Source: Podarcis pityusensis
Taxonomy: Eukaryota
Reading direction: 5' to 3' (one strand)
Assembly (NCBI GenBank): GCA_964106645.2
Contig: OZ067046.1
Length of the DNA: 64,000 bases
The position numbers and the translations under genes were made by a program. The notes beneath the pieces are model-generated. The model saw nothing but the letters and a program-made list of their open reading frames with translations. It did no database searches and had not been told where the DNA came from. Shown in pieces: positions 25,966 to 39,916 of the stretch (positions within the stretch are counted from its first letter, which is position 1; every line of letters begins with the position of its first letter).

Positions 25966-28073
25966 ATGAAAGGATTGTTTTGCTGCTTAGATTTTTTAAA
26001 CAGACTTACCTCTTTCACTGACCAATTGGAGTGGAACTTCAGCATCACACTCAAGTGATGTTTATGTTCATTTAGTGCTTGATGGAAAGATCTCTACTCT
26101 CCTCTTCCCAGCAAGCTGTCCTGGGGGATCTCCCAACCACCCTCCAGCAGGTTTTGGGATGGGGAGCATTTTGTTGTGCTAGTGGGACTGGTTGCACTGG
26201 CCTCCACTAGCACAGCAACTTAATCTGTCCCATGTATGTATGTATGTATGTGTGTGTGTATATAAACCCCACACAATCTGTCCTATTACTGCCCTGATCT
26301 ACCCACGAAATTTCATTCATGGTGCAAAGGAACCTCCTTCCCAGTAACATGGTTGACTCTGCCATGCCTTCAGAGGGGAATGCAGGGCAAGTGTGCATCT
26401 GGGGCTGCAGCCACCCCAGCACTACTTCCTTGGGGGTTCAAGTCCTTCTGAATAAGGCAGAGTCTGTGGATGGTGTAATATGTCAGGAGTGCACTTCTCC
26501 GAGTGGATTATAGCCCAAAGCAGGTGGGAAAGTCTGTCCAAGGTGAAATACTAGTACAAGGTGTAAGTGGTGGGGAGTGGGGGAAGTAATGCAATTTTCA
26601 AGAGTGGATATTAGTTTTTCTTGGGGTGGGGGTGTAGAGAGTGGATAACATGTTGGTGGTACTACCTCACATTAATCAAGATCTCGCGGTTTCTGTTTTA
26701 AAATACCTTACTGCACCTTTTTTTAACTATTACTAATCGCATGAATCAGTTTGATTGACATATTTTCTTTCTTCTGTGCTTGCTTTCCATGCTTTCTTTC
26801 TTTTTGGCTGTGCCAGGAGACAAGCTTGCTAGTGAAGTTTTTTACATCTTTCAGATGGCTTGTGACCTGAACTGTACAGCAGAAGGTATCTGCTGAGATC
26901 ACATAATTGATTATCAGATTATGAGATCTAAAGTGAAATCGCACTAATTTATAATAATATCTAATAAATCTTGAGCAGTTTGTGTTTCCTTCTTCTTTCC
27001 AGATTCTCTCTGCTCCCCCCCCCCTTTACTGTAGTTCTTGTTTGTGTTTTATTGCGTGTTTTGGTTTTGTTAGTGTTGCTTGTCACCACATTCCAGCCAA
27101 AGCACCACTTTGAAATGCTAGTATAGATACTTTTGATCTTTCAAGAGCACCCAGACTGATGAGAGTGGTGGATGCAAAATAGCTTGATAGAACAACATCG
27201 TTAGGGCATTTCTAGACGTGGCTAGATTTGCATGCTAAACAGGCCAAATTGGTTTAAAGCAGGTAAATGAAAAGGTCTTTGCCATCCCTGAAAAGGCAGG
27301 ATCTGGGCTGGGGATGCCTCTCTGGTGAGAGAGTTCCAGTGCAGATGTTGGCAATCATCTATACTGCTCCCCATAGGATACCAAGCCAAATTCAAGGTTC
27401 TTATGTTGATATTCAAAGCCCTGAGTGCTGATAATGGTTTTCCATCTTACTTCAGCTGAAAGTCAGTTAATAGTGTTGTCAGTTCCTTACTGCAGAACCC
27501 TTTTCCAGCAGATATTTGGCAAGCATCTTCACCTTTGACTTTCACGCATCTCTTGAAGCCTTTTTTCCTGCTGACAGGCACATTCAGTTGCTTAATGATT
27601 ATTTTAACAATCATTTAAATGATTGTTTGGTGTTGTTTTTAAATGCTTTTTTTTACTTTGCTGTACACTGCCCTGATATTTTGTTAGAGGGCATTATGAA
27701 AATAAATTAATAATAATAAATCATCCCTGGGAGCTGCTGGTCCATATTATTTAAAAGGATTTTAGCAGGTGGCACGAGGACTGTAGAAACACACCTTTGT
27801 GGTAGTTCTGTGCTTTAGAAACTAATTTTTGTACCACTTTCTTTGAGGTATCACTGCATCAGTTGTGGGGGAAGCGGCCGTTTTCATGCAGCATAAGGCT
27901 TTCTGTCCCAAGGCAGAGAAGATGTCCATGGCTGGTATTCTCCCTTCCAGCATCACCTCCAGTAAAATATATTGCACCAGCAGCTCACATAAAATTTGTG
28001 GCGTTCTGCCCTACTCCATTTTAATGTTATCAAAGATTCTTTTGAGGCAGTTAGAGGCTCTAGCCTGCCTTTA

Positions 28074-28320
28074 AGGTAAAGGTAAAGGGACCCCTGACCA
28101 TTAGGTCCAGTCGGGACCGACTCTGGGGTTGCGGCACTCATCTCGCTTTATTGGCCGAGGGAGCCGGCATACAGCTTCCGGGTCATGTGGCCAGCATGAC
28201 TAAGCCGCTTCTGGCGAACCAGAGCAGCGCACGCAAACACCGTTTACCTTCCCGACAGAGCGGTACCTATTTATCTACTTGCACTTTGACGTGCTTTTGA
28301 ACTGCTAGGTTGGCAGGAGG
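28074..28320 (-). mobile_element. Sauria-type SINE, 5'-truncated
   Basis: Reverse complement of the 7105 copy body; 11-bp TSD GCCTGCCTTTA. Confidence 0.9.
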
Positions 28321-29661
28321 GCCTGCCTTTAGATACCCACAATAATTGTCAGAAATAAAGCAGTGTTTATGGGGTGCTGCCCAGCCCATCAGTCTGGGTG
28401 ATTTGTCTGAAAGGCAGAACCAATCTCCGAAATTCTGCTGTTTTCTAATTTGTTGGAATAAAGATGTAATTGTAAACATGCTGACTTGGAGTGAGTGCCA
28501 TTTAAATCTATGGGGCTTATTTCCAAGTAAGTATACCGATGATTGGATGGCGTTTACAGTGGTGCTGTGCAGAAATGTTCCTTGAGTCCAAAAATAATTG
28601 GAATTCATAATTACAGAAGGCAAAACGGTTTTTATCTTTAAAAACAAAAACAAAAAACCACTGTGGTTTTATAACCTTGCTTTTCAAAAAGAACAGGAAA
28701 GAACACTTGCACCACATAATTAGGACAAATGTTTTTGCCATGGAGAGTGTTGGGGCTGACAAACAATGGGAAGTAATTTATACTTTTCAAATTGTTTGTC
28801 TAAAACTTGAATCCGGTAGAAGTTAATGACTGGCATTTATCATGGCTAACTCCATTTGGTTTTAAAGGGTCATTGTGTTGCAGAGAGGCAGTCTGCTCAC
28901 AAATAATAGTATTACTATTATTACTGTAATCACTTAAATGTTTGGGCGATTGGCTGTATTTATTGAGCTATATTTCAGTTTCGTTTTTCAAAGGGCATTT
29001 AGAAGTTTTATAAAGGAATAAAATAAATCCATCACTGGAAAAGGGGTTAGGGTGTTTTGTTTTGTTTTAAAGCCATTGTGCTATTTTCACTTTTTCAGCC
29101 TTTAATTCAGTGTTTTCCTAAAGCTTTTCTTCCAGTGCCCCAGAACAGGCTGGTCTATTGGGGCACAATCCACCGAGCACTGCTCTTGTGTAAATTCAAT
29201 AGCACACTGTGGTAGTAGTGCTGAGTGGATTGCACCCATGGTAAGCATGCCTGAGATTCTGATACACACCCCAAGTTTTTGGTTTAAACAATAAAACACA
29301 GTTTTAAAATACCATATCATATATTATTCAGTGACTAGTTCCTTCAAGTGAAATAATATTTGCTCTTTCTGGGCACGTATTGTAAATCCCCATGTGGCTA
29401 GTCACCTTTGACAAGTAAGAATCACCTTCAGGCTATCAGGGAAGAAAGATTTGCAAAACTTGGTTCTTTTTCTTTTACAAATACCTTTTCTTTCACAAAT
29501 ACGCAGGCTAGTAAGCTTTCTTGCGGGATAGTAACATTTGTGGGCTAATTTGCATGGCTGTTTTAGGAGAACATTCATCTATTTAAAGCAAAGATATCAG
29601 GATTTGAAAGATATACCTCTGGAAACAGAGTCTTTGCCATGAGTCAAATAAATAGGGAGTA

Positions 29662-29900
29662 CAGTGGTACCTCGGGTTAAGTACTTAATTCGTTCCGGAG
29701 GTCTGTTCTTAACCTGAAACTGTTCTTAACCTGAAGAACCAATTTAGCTAATGGGGCCTGCTGCTGCCACGCCACCGGAGCACAATTTCTGTTTTCATCC
29801 TGAAGCAAAGTTCTTAAACTGAGGTACTATTTCTGGGTTAGCGGAGTCTGTAACCTGTAGCGTATGTAACCTGAAGCGTATGTAACCCGAGGTACCACTG
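29662..29900. mobile_element. Tc1/mariner MITE family A
   Basis: TA-CAGTGGTACCTCGGGTTA...TAACCCGAGGTACCACTG-TA. Confidence 0.92.
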
Positions 29901-30095
29901 TACTGTAGCAAGCATCAAGCTTTTTGGCCCTAGTGGCCGACTGCTGTATTACAACTAGGTTACAAATACAACACGCAGCCTCCGCTATTTCAGAACTGAT
30001 TTTGTTTTAAGCATCATAGCAAAGTAAGTTTTCGTGAAGCGATACATCAAAGCAGCGTTTTATGAACTTCTGTCTCATGCAATTTCTTGGAGCAG

Positions 30096-30235
30096 GTGGC
30101 AACTATGACAGCCGCTTTGATGTGGACAAGGGCACTGGAACCATCGTTGTCGCTAAACCTCTTGATGCAGAACAAAAATCAAATTACAATCTGACAGTAG
30201 AAGCAACAGATGGAACTAGGACTATTGGCACTCAG
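30096..30235 (+). CDS. FAT1: FAT1 exon 7 equivalent (140 nt)
   Basis: gcag|GT...CAG|gtaatg; [40 protein letters not shown]. Confidence 0.95.
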
Positions 30236-30719
30236 GTAATGGAATTTCTAATGAAGTGTTTATTGAAAGAAGAATTTGTAACCATTTCTTGCCGCGGCTT
30301 CTCTCCCTCCCTCCCTCCACTCCCTTGGGCAGAATTACCTCTTGCATAAATAAGGAGGACTTTGTGTTGAAAAAGAAGTTTCTAGTACTAAGAGAACACA
30401 ATAGCCCAATGTTGGACAGCCAAAGGGGAAAAGTTATGTGTAAGCAGATAAGTGTGCCTCGAATTAACAGCTTTTAAGTCATAGAATGTTCTGGTATTCG
30501 AAGAAAAAATGAGAAACAGAAGCCAGGCATTCACAAAAAAAGAAAAGGATTGACAGTTGAAAACATCACGGTCATCTTCATCACTCAGAAACAAATCCAA
30601 AACCAGCCGAAATCGGAGAAGGTGTAAAGTGAAATTGGTTTATGTTGGAGCTATTGTTAACAGTGAAACAATCTCACAAAAGTAGGCAGAAGTGTCATTT
30701 TTTTATGTAATTATCTTCC

Positions 30720-31260
30720 CCCCATATAGAGAGTTACATTTTTACTCAACAATTATATTCCAGTTCAGCAAAACTAGTGACTTCTCTCTCACCCAGCACC
30801 AATGTTTATAACCCAAATTGCACAAAATTGTGTTTTAAGGTTCCGCCTTATCTAATTTCATCTTCTCTAACAGATTTCTTAATATATCCTGTTGTTTTCT
30901 TACACTTCAAACCAGGCTGTGGTCTTCACATATGGGAAATAACTTTTTATATAGACTAGAAAAGGTTTTCAGTCGTCTTTAAAAGATACTAATTTTGTAT
31001 GTTTCATCAGTGCCATCAATTTTGCCATCTCTGCATATTCCAATATTTTCATCAACCATTCTTCCATTGAGGGTGTCCTCTCCCTCCTTCCATTTCTGTG
31101 CATTTAGAATCCTTGCCCCTGTAGTCACATACATAAGTAGCATTAAGGCTTTCTTTGGGATTTTGCTGTCTAGTATCCCCAGTAGGATATTTTCATTCTT
31201 GAAAATAAAAATGTCACTATATAGTAGCATTGCTTGGTTTGCTACCAAGTGTTTACCCAA
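30720..31260 (-). mobile_element. L1/Tx1-clade LINE 3' remnant
   Basis: Peptide ILLGI...LLMYVTTGARILNAQKWK resembles the L1 ORF2 C-terminus; boundaries approximate. Confidence 0.6.
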
Positions 31261-31408
31261 TGGTTAGGTGTTGCCAGTCAAATTTCCCGGATGACTGTAC
31301 CAGTATAATGTATGTGCTTACAAATGAGTTTTCCACAATGGCACAGTGTGTTTTAGGTGTATCGTCAAACTTTTAACACCTCTAGTGATATCAACTTCAG
31401 GCCAACTT

Positions 31409-31526
31409 CAGCTCTGTTTAGGGAAGCTTTTAATGTTTTAAAGTTTAATAGATTATTGTATTTTAATATTCTATTGGAAGCCACCCAGAGTGGCCGGGGA
31501 AACCCAGCCAGATGGGCGGGGTATAA

Positions 31527-31571
<45 letters not shown>

Positions 31572-31572
31572 T
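31409..31572 (+). mobile_element. L2 3'-end fragment with (ATT)n tail
   Basis: Matches 60700-60850 (tttagggaagcttttaatgttt...cagatgggcggggtataaa). Confidence 0.9.
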
Positions 31573-34462
31573 ATTTTCTTTCTTAATTGATAAAAATACC
31601 TTCTGAAAGTGCCTTTTTTCTTTGAAAGGATGGCTCTGCATATTACATCTCCTGAATGGAACTATAGATGTGATGATGCTCAGTTTAGATGGCTTTAAAA
31701 GGGAGTAGACAAATTGATGGATGGTAAGACTAGAGTCCTGATGACCACAGAGTCCACAAACAGAGGCAGCATATATACCAGTTGCTGTTAAACAATAGCG
31801 GTAGACTTTCTTCCTTAATTAGAATTTAACCTGACTGTGGATAGATTTGACTTCTTATTCCAAACAGCTGCTTTAGACATATTGTTTCTACTGCTGAAGT
31901 TAAAAATCATTCAGCATATCATCTGGGAAATGACAGAAGAATAGTTTGCTAATACTGGAAATGGTAAACGTGCTGCATTTTCTTTTTAATGTGAATTAGC
32001 GCTCCTGCTTTTTGTTTGTTTTCTGCCTTTCAAAATGCACAGAATATTTTTCAGCTGTTTCCTATTATCTCTCTTCTCATCTTTTAGCAGACAAAGTGAG
32101 AGGTGGTGGTTGTAGCTTTTGCGGGACCAGTACAGAAGCTCATTTTTATCAGAATTTCCCTGTTCCATACTTGAGGGGATTAGCTTGAACTATGGCTGCT
32201 AGAATTTCACATTTCTGTGCTCCTCTAACAGAAGGACAAGCAACAATGCTTCTGAAATGAACGGGGGTTGCTTGGGGGTTTAGTCTAGACACGTCTCCTC
32301 TTGAAGCTTAGCTTCCCTGACTTTCACACTACTTCTCTTAATAAAAGTCCATTAAAAAAAACAAACTAATAAAAGTAGAATTAGTCTTTGTGTTGTAATC
32401 TCATGTGTTTCAAACTATTATTTTACCATATTAGTGCACTATTCGTTTGTCATTTTAATTCCTTGATGAGAGGTGTGCTATTTCTTTTAACAGTACCAAG
32501 GTGTAAATTTCAACCATACCCGTGCTGAAATTCAATATAATAATAGTAGTTTAAATAAATACTTACAACTCACTCTTCTATTTAAAGTACCCAGAACAGC
32601 TTACTTAAATAAGAATGTTTTAACAGTTGATCCACTGAATTTTGTAAGAACAGATAATTGTTAGAAAACAGCATTGAGATGAATTACAAAGTTTTATGCA
32701 GAGAACGTGCTAAAATGCATTTAAATGCACCACACTGCCTTGGATTGTTCAGGTTATAAAATATTTGGCTTGGTATTTGAAATACTGTACAATAAACAGT
32801 TTAACGAGTCCTTGATTAACAGCCATTTATTCCCACATGCTATTTCAGTTTTACTAGTGAAAGTGAATGTTATCATATTGTCTGTGTAAAAATAGTAAAC
32901 TAACTATATTGGCCTCCTTATGGGAAAAGGAACCTATTGAGTATGCCTTCTAAATGGGAAGGCTGTGATTGGCTTTGGGCCATAAGCATCTGTGAAACAT
33001 TTGACTCAGTGAAATTATTTAGATACCTTTTTTTGGAAAAATTACTGAGGCTGTAAGCAAGGTTGCTGTTGTGTCTAATATGCAGCTAAATGCATGATGT
33101 ACAGATAAAATTCAGAGTGTTCAGTTATACTCTTGTTGGTGTAAAAGTTGACAGAGGAAGAAAAGAGAGATTGGGGGCAAGGCATCATGTGCCTTCAAAA
33201 CATGAATGCTTTTTAACCTGATTTTAAATGAAAAGTATTATTCATTAGAAATGGGACATAATATTCTTAATTAATTCATATTAATTAAAAGGTTTTGTGG
33301 CTCTGTCTACCAGCTATAGTTATTGGCTTTTCAGTACTATAACAGATACTTGTTGCTGCCATCTATGCCCTTCCTCTCCCTTCATACTTAAGTTCTGCAT
33401 TCTGCAAAATGAATGCTTTTATTATGCATTAGCACTGAAGATAGGCTGTTGTTGCACCTTCTGCCTTACACGTTCTGCTTTCAGTTTTCAAATTGCAGCT
33501 TTATTGAAAACAATAAGATTTTATTCTTGACCTCTGGATCTTAAATTGCAGTTTTAATTATCAGCACACGAATGTATGTAAGTGCAGCTGAAACATGAGT
33601 GGACAAGCATTTTTCAGAAAAGAGACTGACAAGGGCTCAAATACATAATGGATACCCACTTTTATATCATACCTTTATGCATCCCATACTGGAGCATCTG
33701 CTTGTTCTAATTCAGTAGCCTCTGTGGAGGAAATTTCGCTCTGACGCCTTATGCAAGATTTGGTAGTTACATGAAGGATTTCTGAGGAGGCAGCTTTTGA
33801 AGGGCCACTTCTGCCCATATAATTCTTCCCACCCAGCAAAAAGGGACTTTGTCTTGTCCCACCACTGTCTGAGATACAGTTGGGTGGTGGTTGTGGGGAT
33901 TGTCATTCCTAGCCTTCTGCTTATTGGTTTTTCAACCTTTGTTGAAAACGTGCTTTCCCCCCCAGCAAGCTTCTAGCTTGCCTTTTGTTTTGACTTTTCT
34001 TTGTTCCCTCCAGAATATGGTCTCTTCACTTTTCTGCTGTTCTTAAAAAAAATGAGTTGGACTTGTACAGTACAACTGCAATGAAAATAGAAATAATAAT
34101 GACAGGATGAAGTCCCTTCTCATTGCACTTGTCTACATTTCTATGACAGCCGTGAAAACCAAATGCCATTGTTCTCTGATCTTTGGGCACTCCCACCCTA
34201 TGTGTGTGAGTGAACCACACATCCAGCACTTCCTCCAGCATGACAGTGACAGCAATTCTGCAAGAATTGATCAAGGTCTGCTAAAACGAAAATCCTTTTC
34301 AGGTGTCCTGGGGAATTGAGTTCCTCAATTTGGGTGTGACAACTGAGATGACTCTTCCATCCCTCCACTCACCCAAGAGCACGCAAATGGACCTTTTTTC
34401 AATGGATTGGCGGGGGGGGGGGAGCAACATACAGGAGGTGCTCCCAGCTGCTCCCTCTAAGA

Positions 34463-34736
34463 CAGTGGTCGGCAACCTAAGGCCCATGGGCCACAAGCAG
34501 CCCACATGGGTCGTTTAACCTGCCTGTGAGCCGCCCCCGGACTGAGCCGGCCACTCGGCGAGTCCCCGCGCATTGTGCTAAACCTGCGCAGTGTGGGGAC
34601 TCACTTCCACAGTGCCAGAAATCGCGTCTGCGCAGACACAGACGCCAGAAATCGTGGGTGCACGCATGATCTGGCCCACAGAGGGATTTCCACTGGAGTG
34701 AACCAGCCCAGGCGAGGTAAACCTTGCCGACCCCTG
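34463..34736. mobile_element. hAT (Charlie-like) MITE, same family as 3072, inverted
   Basis: TIR CAG(T/G)GGTCGGCAA; perfect 8-bp TSD CTCTAAGA. Confidence 0.92.
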
Positions 34737-36317
34737 CTCTAAGATTTACAAAACTGCTATTAGAGGAAGGCACTGGGTCTTCTAATGCAAACACACTGGT
34801 TCTCCTTAATGGCTCACAGGACAGTATGAACTTGAATTCATCTGATTTTGCTCAGCTTGTATACTTTGGCTTTAAGTGTTCATTTATGTGCATGGGGTTC
34901 ATAACTTTAAACCATGTTGTAAATTGCTGGTGTCTAGATTGACATTGTTATTCTCTTACTTACATTGCCCCATTTTATGCCATTCTTTTCTGGAATTCCT
35001 GGCCAAGATTAGTTTTAGGGTCCACATTTCTTTTATTGTACTTGTGTGATGAAAAACTGAAGCAAAAATCCGATACATTCTCTTAGCGTTGTCATTGTTG
35101 CGCTTGGCTGCTCCTTTTATTATTCATTAATAGCTCGGAGTGCTCTGTCAGTTCAGATGTATTTAGAATATGTCATTTTGCTTCTTAGTTGGTTGTGTTT
35201 GTGTTGCTAAATGACAACTGCCTATTTCTACTTTTGGAGTTGTTTTTTTAAATACAGTATGCTTTGTTCAAGCAGCAGAGAGCCTCGTGGCACCTTAAAG
35301 TTTAAACAAATTTATCTTGGCAAGATTATGAAATTTTCTGTTTCTGTTTGGAAAGTTTCTGTTTGGAACATTCTGTTTTCCTAATTGATTTAGCTTTTCA
35401 TTTTCTTAACAAAATCTTTTTGTGTTAAAAAAAATTACTTAGGTGATTTGTTGTTGATTCCAATTGCAACTAAATAGTTTTATTTTAACTAGTTTCTTAA
35501 TAATTTTAACAATGTACTTAAAGTTGTAAAGCAAAGGCACTTGTAGCCCAAATATGTTTTTATTATGTGCCTTCAAATTGTTCTGCTATACTTGTATTGA
35601 AATAAATTTAAAAGGTTATTATGTTAGTGTTTTCAAAATATTTTTGTGTGTTTGGATTCTTATGTTTTGAAAAGAATTTGTATTAGACTGTTTATTGTGA
35701 TAGTGTATTGCTGGGTATTTTGACTGTTGTATTGCTGTTGGCTTGTGTGCTGCTTTGGGCATATTTATGTGGAAAAGCAGCATACAAATTGAAATAATAA
35801 TAATAATTTCAATTCCATGTATTAGAGCTCTGGGTTGAAAAAACCAACCAACTAGTTTTGTCTATTGACAGATAATTAAGCTTGTTTAGGGAGGAATCAC
35901 TACCCCAGTGCTACATAGCAAAACTCTTTTTTAAGTGATTGGCATTTCTGAAGCAGTGTGTGATGTGGAATGAGGGTCTTCTGTTGAAAGAGGAGAAGGC
36001 AAGCAATGTGCTAGGCTTTATAAGGCTCTGATCCCAGCTAATATTTTGTTCTAAACAACTTCTGCTTTGTATTTCATTTCTGCTTTGTATTTCGTTTCTA
36101 CATGATTATGTATTTGACATAGTCAACCCCAACTCACAAAAGCTGCAGTGAATTGACACAGCTATTCTTCTCTAAATTATGTGTGATGGCCCCTAATCTT
36201 CACATCGTGTTTTGGTTTTGTATTTTAGGAGAACTGTTGCGTTTCCTTGAAGCTTATCTACATGGCGTTCTGATCACACACCCTTTTCATCCTTAATTTA
36301 CCTTTGTGCCATTACAG

Positions 36318-36593
36318 GTGTACATTCAGGTAATAGACACGAATGATCACAGGCCTGAGTTTTCTACATTAGAATACCAAGTCATTATTCCAGAGGACAC
36401 AGTGCCAGAGACGGAAATTTTGCAAGTCAGTGCTTCAGACAGGGACGAAAAGAATAAGCTAATTTTTACTATGCAAAATAGTGTTGACCCCATCAGCCTT
36501 AAGAAATTTCGCCTGGATCCTGCAACTGGCTCTCTCTACACTTCTGAAAGATTGGATCATGAGGTCATTCATCAACACATTCTCACAGTGATG
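36318..36593 (+). CDS. FAT1: FAT1 exon 8 equivalent (276 nt)
   Basis: acag|GTG...ATG|gtaagg; VYIQVIDTNDHRPEF...RLDHEVIHQHILTVM. Confidence 0.96.
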
Positions 36594-37326
36594 GTAAGGA
36601 ACCATTCCACTTATTCTTTAGCAGATACAGGATCTTCTTTTTCACTGTAATGGAGTAGCATAAGCAGATACTTTTCAGAGCTGCTAGAGTGGTGGAAAGA
36701 CTGAATTGTATCTTACTCTCACCGACATAGCTTACAGGGTCCTTGTACAGATTACTGAGATGAAACATTAAGTGATTTGCTGTGTAAATGCAAAGTGTTG
36801 GTATTATTACAGATGAGCTCAAGCCCATCTGTACTTCACCTTCACAATTCATTGGGAATTTTTGGATGGGTTTCTTCTGTTAACATTTCCATCCCCAAGG
36901 AAGAGGAGAGACACAGCAAAGAGGAAGAAATATTTCTTCCTTTAGCTCTGCTTCCACACCTCCTCCTTCACCCCCAGCCACATTTTTTGTCCAGTCCAAC
37001 TGAGAAGATCAACAGAAAGAAGTACAAGTATGACTTGCTGGATCAGAAATTGTAGGTCAGTGCTAGATGCACCTCTAGGTGCAGATTCCCACTCCCGTTT
37101 TGGCCTAATTGAATAGGCTACATGGTACACTGTTATTTCCTGCTCATGTTGATTGGCAGCAGGCATGTACATCCTCAGTCCCTGCTGAGTATTGGGTGGC
37201 TGAAGTACCTCCCTGCCTTAAAATGCAGGATTTTCCTGTATATTTGAGGACCCGCTTTCTGTAGCATTGGCCCTCACTTCATCTGGTGCCCTGTATACAC
37301 ATATATGAACGTCCACTTAACAAATA

Positions 37327-37568
37327 CAGTGGTACCTCGGGTTACATACGCTTCAGGTTACATACACTTCAGGTTACAGACTCTGCTAACCCAGAAATAG
37401 TACCTTGGGTTAAGAACTTTGCTTCAGGATGAGAACAGAAATCATGCTCCGGTGGCACGGCAGCAGCAGCAGGCCCCATTAGTTAAAGCAGTGCTTCAGG
37501 TTAAGAACAGATTCAGGTTAAGAACGGGCCTCCGAAACAAATTAAGTACTTAACCCGAGGTACCACTG
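37327..37568. mobile_element. Tc1/mariner MITE family A (orientation opposite to 29662)
   Basis: Same TIRs and TA TSD. Confidence 0.92.
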
Positions 37569-37813
37569 TAAGTGAAATGGTAATATTTAATTCCAAGTTC
37601 TGAGATTATTTGTGCCGAACCAAAATCATATTGTAGGATTTTTGCACAATGGCATAAAATATAAACATTTGCTCCATTATGATGCCATGTACTTCTACAG
37701 AACAGAACAGAATGGTGCCCTTAAGTGATTGATAGTTCTCATCAATTGTAACAAGTGTCATATAACTGAATAAACTTATGCACGAGCTGCTAGTAACGCT
37801 GTAATTATTTTAG

Positions 37814-38024
37814 GTGCGGGACCAAGACGTTCCTGTCAAGCGCAACTTTGCTAGAATCATCATCAACGTTAGTGACACAAACGACCATGCGCCATGGTTC
37901 ACCAGTTCTTCCTATGAAGGGAGAGTGTATGAATCAGCAGCTGTTGGATCTGTAATTCTCCATGTAACAGCACTGGACAAGGATAAAGGGGAAAATGCAG
38001 AAATTGTGTACTCCATAGAATCAG
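37814..38024 (+). CDS. FAT1: FAT1 exon 9 equivalent (211 nt)
   Basis: ttag|GTG...TCAG|gtatgc; [29 protein letters not shown]...YSIESG. Confidence 0.96.
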
Positions 38025-39916
38025 GTATGCTGCAATACGTTCAATAACTTGCTACGATGAAAAGATTTTAGATTTAAAGCTGCAAAGTAGAGGTTTATTC
38101 CCACTTCTTTTCCAACACTGTTTGATCTAAACTTAATCCAGCAGCAAGTTAGCCATATTAAAGGATGTATTTCAGCCAGTCACTACTGGTATATATTGAT
38201 GCACTATATTCCCTTTATCAGCATGGAATATGTCCACTGTATCCTCCCTCAGAGGTGCAGTCTAATCCCTGACCATTGACAAACTGCCTGGGACTTCTGG
38301 AAGTTGGAGTTCCAAAACACCTGGAAGGCCACAGGTTTCTGACTGCTGTTTTAAAGGAATGTGTGTGGTGGACCACTCTGAAGAGAAAGTTCCAGATTTC
38401 AAGCACCACCTCTGGAAAAAACAAACCCATTTCTACGGTCTGATTGTATTCTTGAGTTGGTGGAATTTGCCTCTCCAGATATTGTAGGACACCATATCTC
38501 ATCAGCCCCAGTCAGCATGGCTAAAGAAAAGGGATGATAGGAGTTGTAGTTCAAGATATCTGGAAAACACCATGTTGGCGCTATCTGCGCTGAGGTATCC
38601 CAAATCCTGTATGGCATTAAAGATTAAAACCACTGTCTGGAAACAAAGTGACAAGTAGAAAAACCCATGAAAAATTAGTAGCATTGGCTCCATCATAACA
38701 AAAGTTGGTCTTCCAGTGAATCCCCTCCCCTCCCCCCGGCATATACATGGGTTCTCATTTTTCTCTCTGTCTTTCTCACACACATGCCCCCGCTCCTTCT
38801 TTATTCAAAAAAAAAAAAAAAACATTGTGGGAGGAAATGTTAAAACTTTCCCAGCTTTGTTTTTCTAGTATTCTGCACTGTACAGCTAAAATGTTAGGGA
38901 AGAAATTCGAAGCATATGAAATGAACATTCCTTAAATACTTGCAATAGCTTATAGGATTAGTAATGGGATATTATAAGAATGGTGCTCTGTTTACGACCT
39001 TCAATAAGAAAAAAGATAATATCAACTGCCTACCCAAATACATAATTTAAATGTTTTAAATAAAATCTGTTCATGATGAGGTCATGGTTTTAGCAATAAC
39101 TATTTTTGCTGTGCTTTGTGATTGAAGTGTTAAGAAACAGCAGCCCCTGTTAATTTGTTTTCTTAATTTCTTTGAATTCTTGTGAAGTGTAAAACCCCAG
39201 TGTACTTCAGCCTTCATTTTGAAAGGCTTGTTCGTGGTGATTTTCTTAAGCAGTCAAATTTGCAGTTTGTATTTCTCAAATGGAAGTTTTTTTATACAGC
39301 ACATAAACTCCCATTTTAAGTGGAAGTAATTTGAAAGAGAAAATTCACTGAAGTATCTCTGATTTAGAAATAATCTCATAAAGTGACATTCATGTAATTA
39401 AGAGTCACTTGAGACTCATTTAAAGCAGTGTTTTCCATGATTTTAAAGTCTTTTAAAAGTTTAATTGTAGTTCCACATTGCGTATAGTGTTTGTCTTTTT
39501 CTTTACTTGAATTGTTTAAAGAAATGCCATAAAATTAAAAAGAAGCTCTGTATTAATAGCATTCAGAATCTGAAGTGATAGCATACTTTGGTATAAAATA
39601 GGTTGTCAGATTTTCTAAATAAAACTAACCTACTATAGGATATTTATTACAGCAGAACAGTTGTGGAAAAGCTGGGTATCCATGTTAGAGTAGACCCACT
39701 GAACATAATAGACTTAAGACTAACTTAAGAGGTCCCTTGATTTCAAGGGTCTGTTCTGAGTAGTATTCTGTGTCATTAGTTGAATGCAATTTTATTTTTC
39801 ATTTAAAATATTTCAGCACCTAATATTTTCTATCACTTGAATGTGTGTGTAGCTGCTTGCAAATGTACTTCCAATTTTTTTCTGATTGTCAATTTTTTGT
39901 CTTCCTTTTTTAACAG

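Noticed and set aside
35278-35320. Penelope-like terminal remnant (also ~21036-21112)
   Set aside because: Too short and diverged to support without a database search
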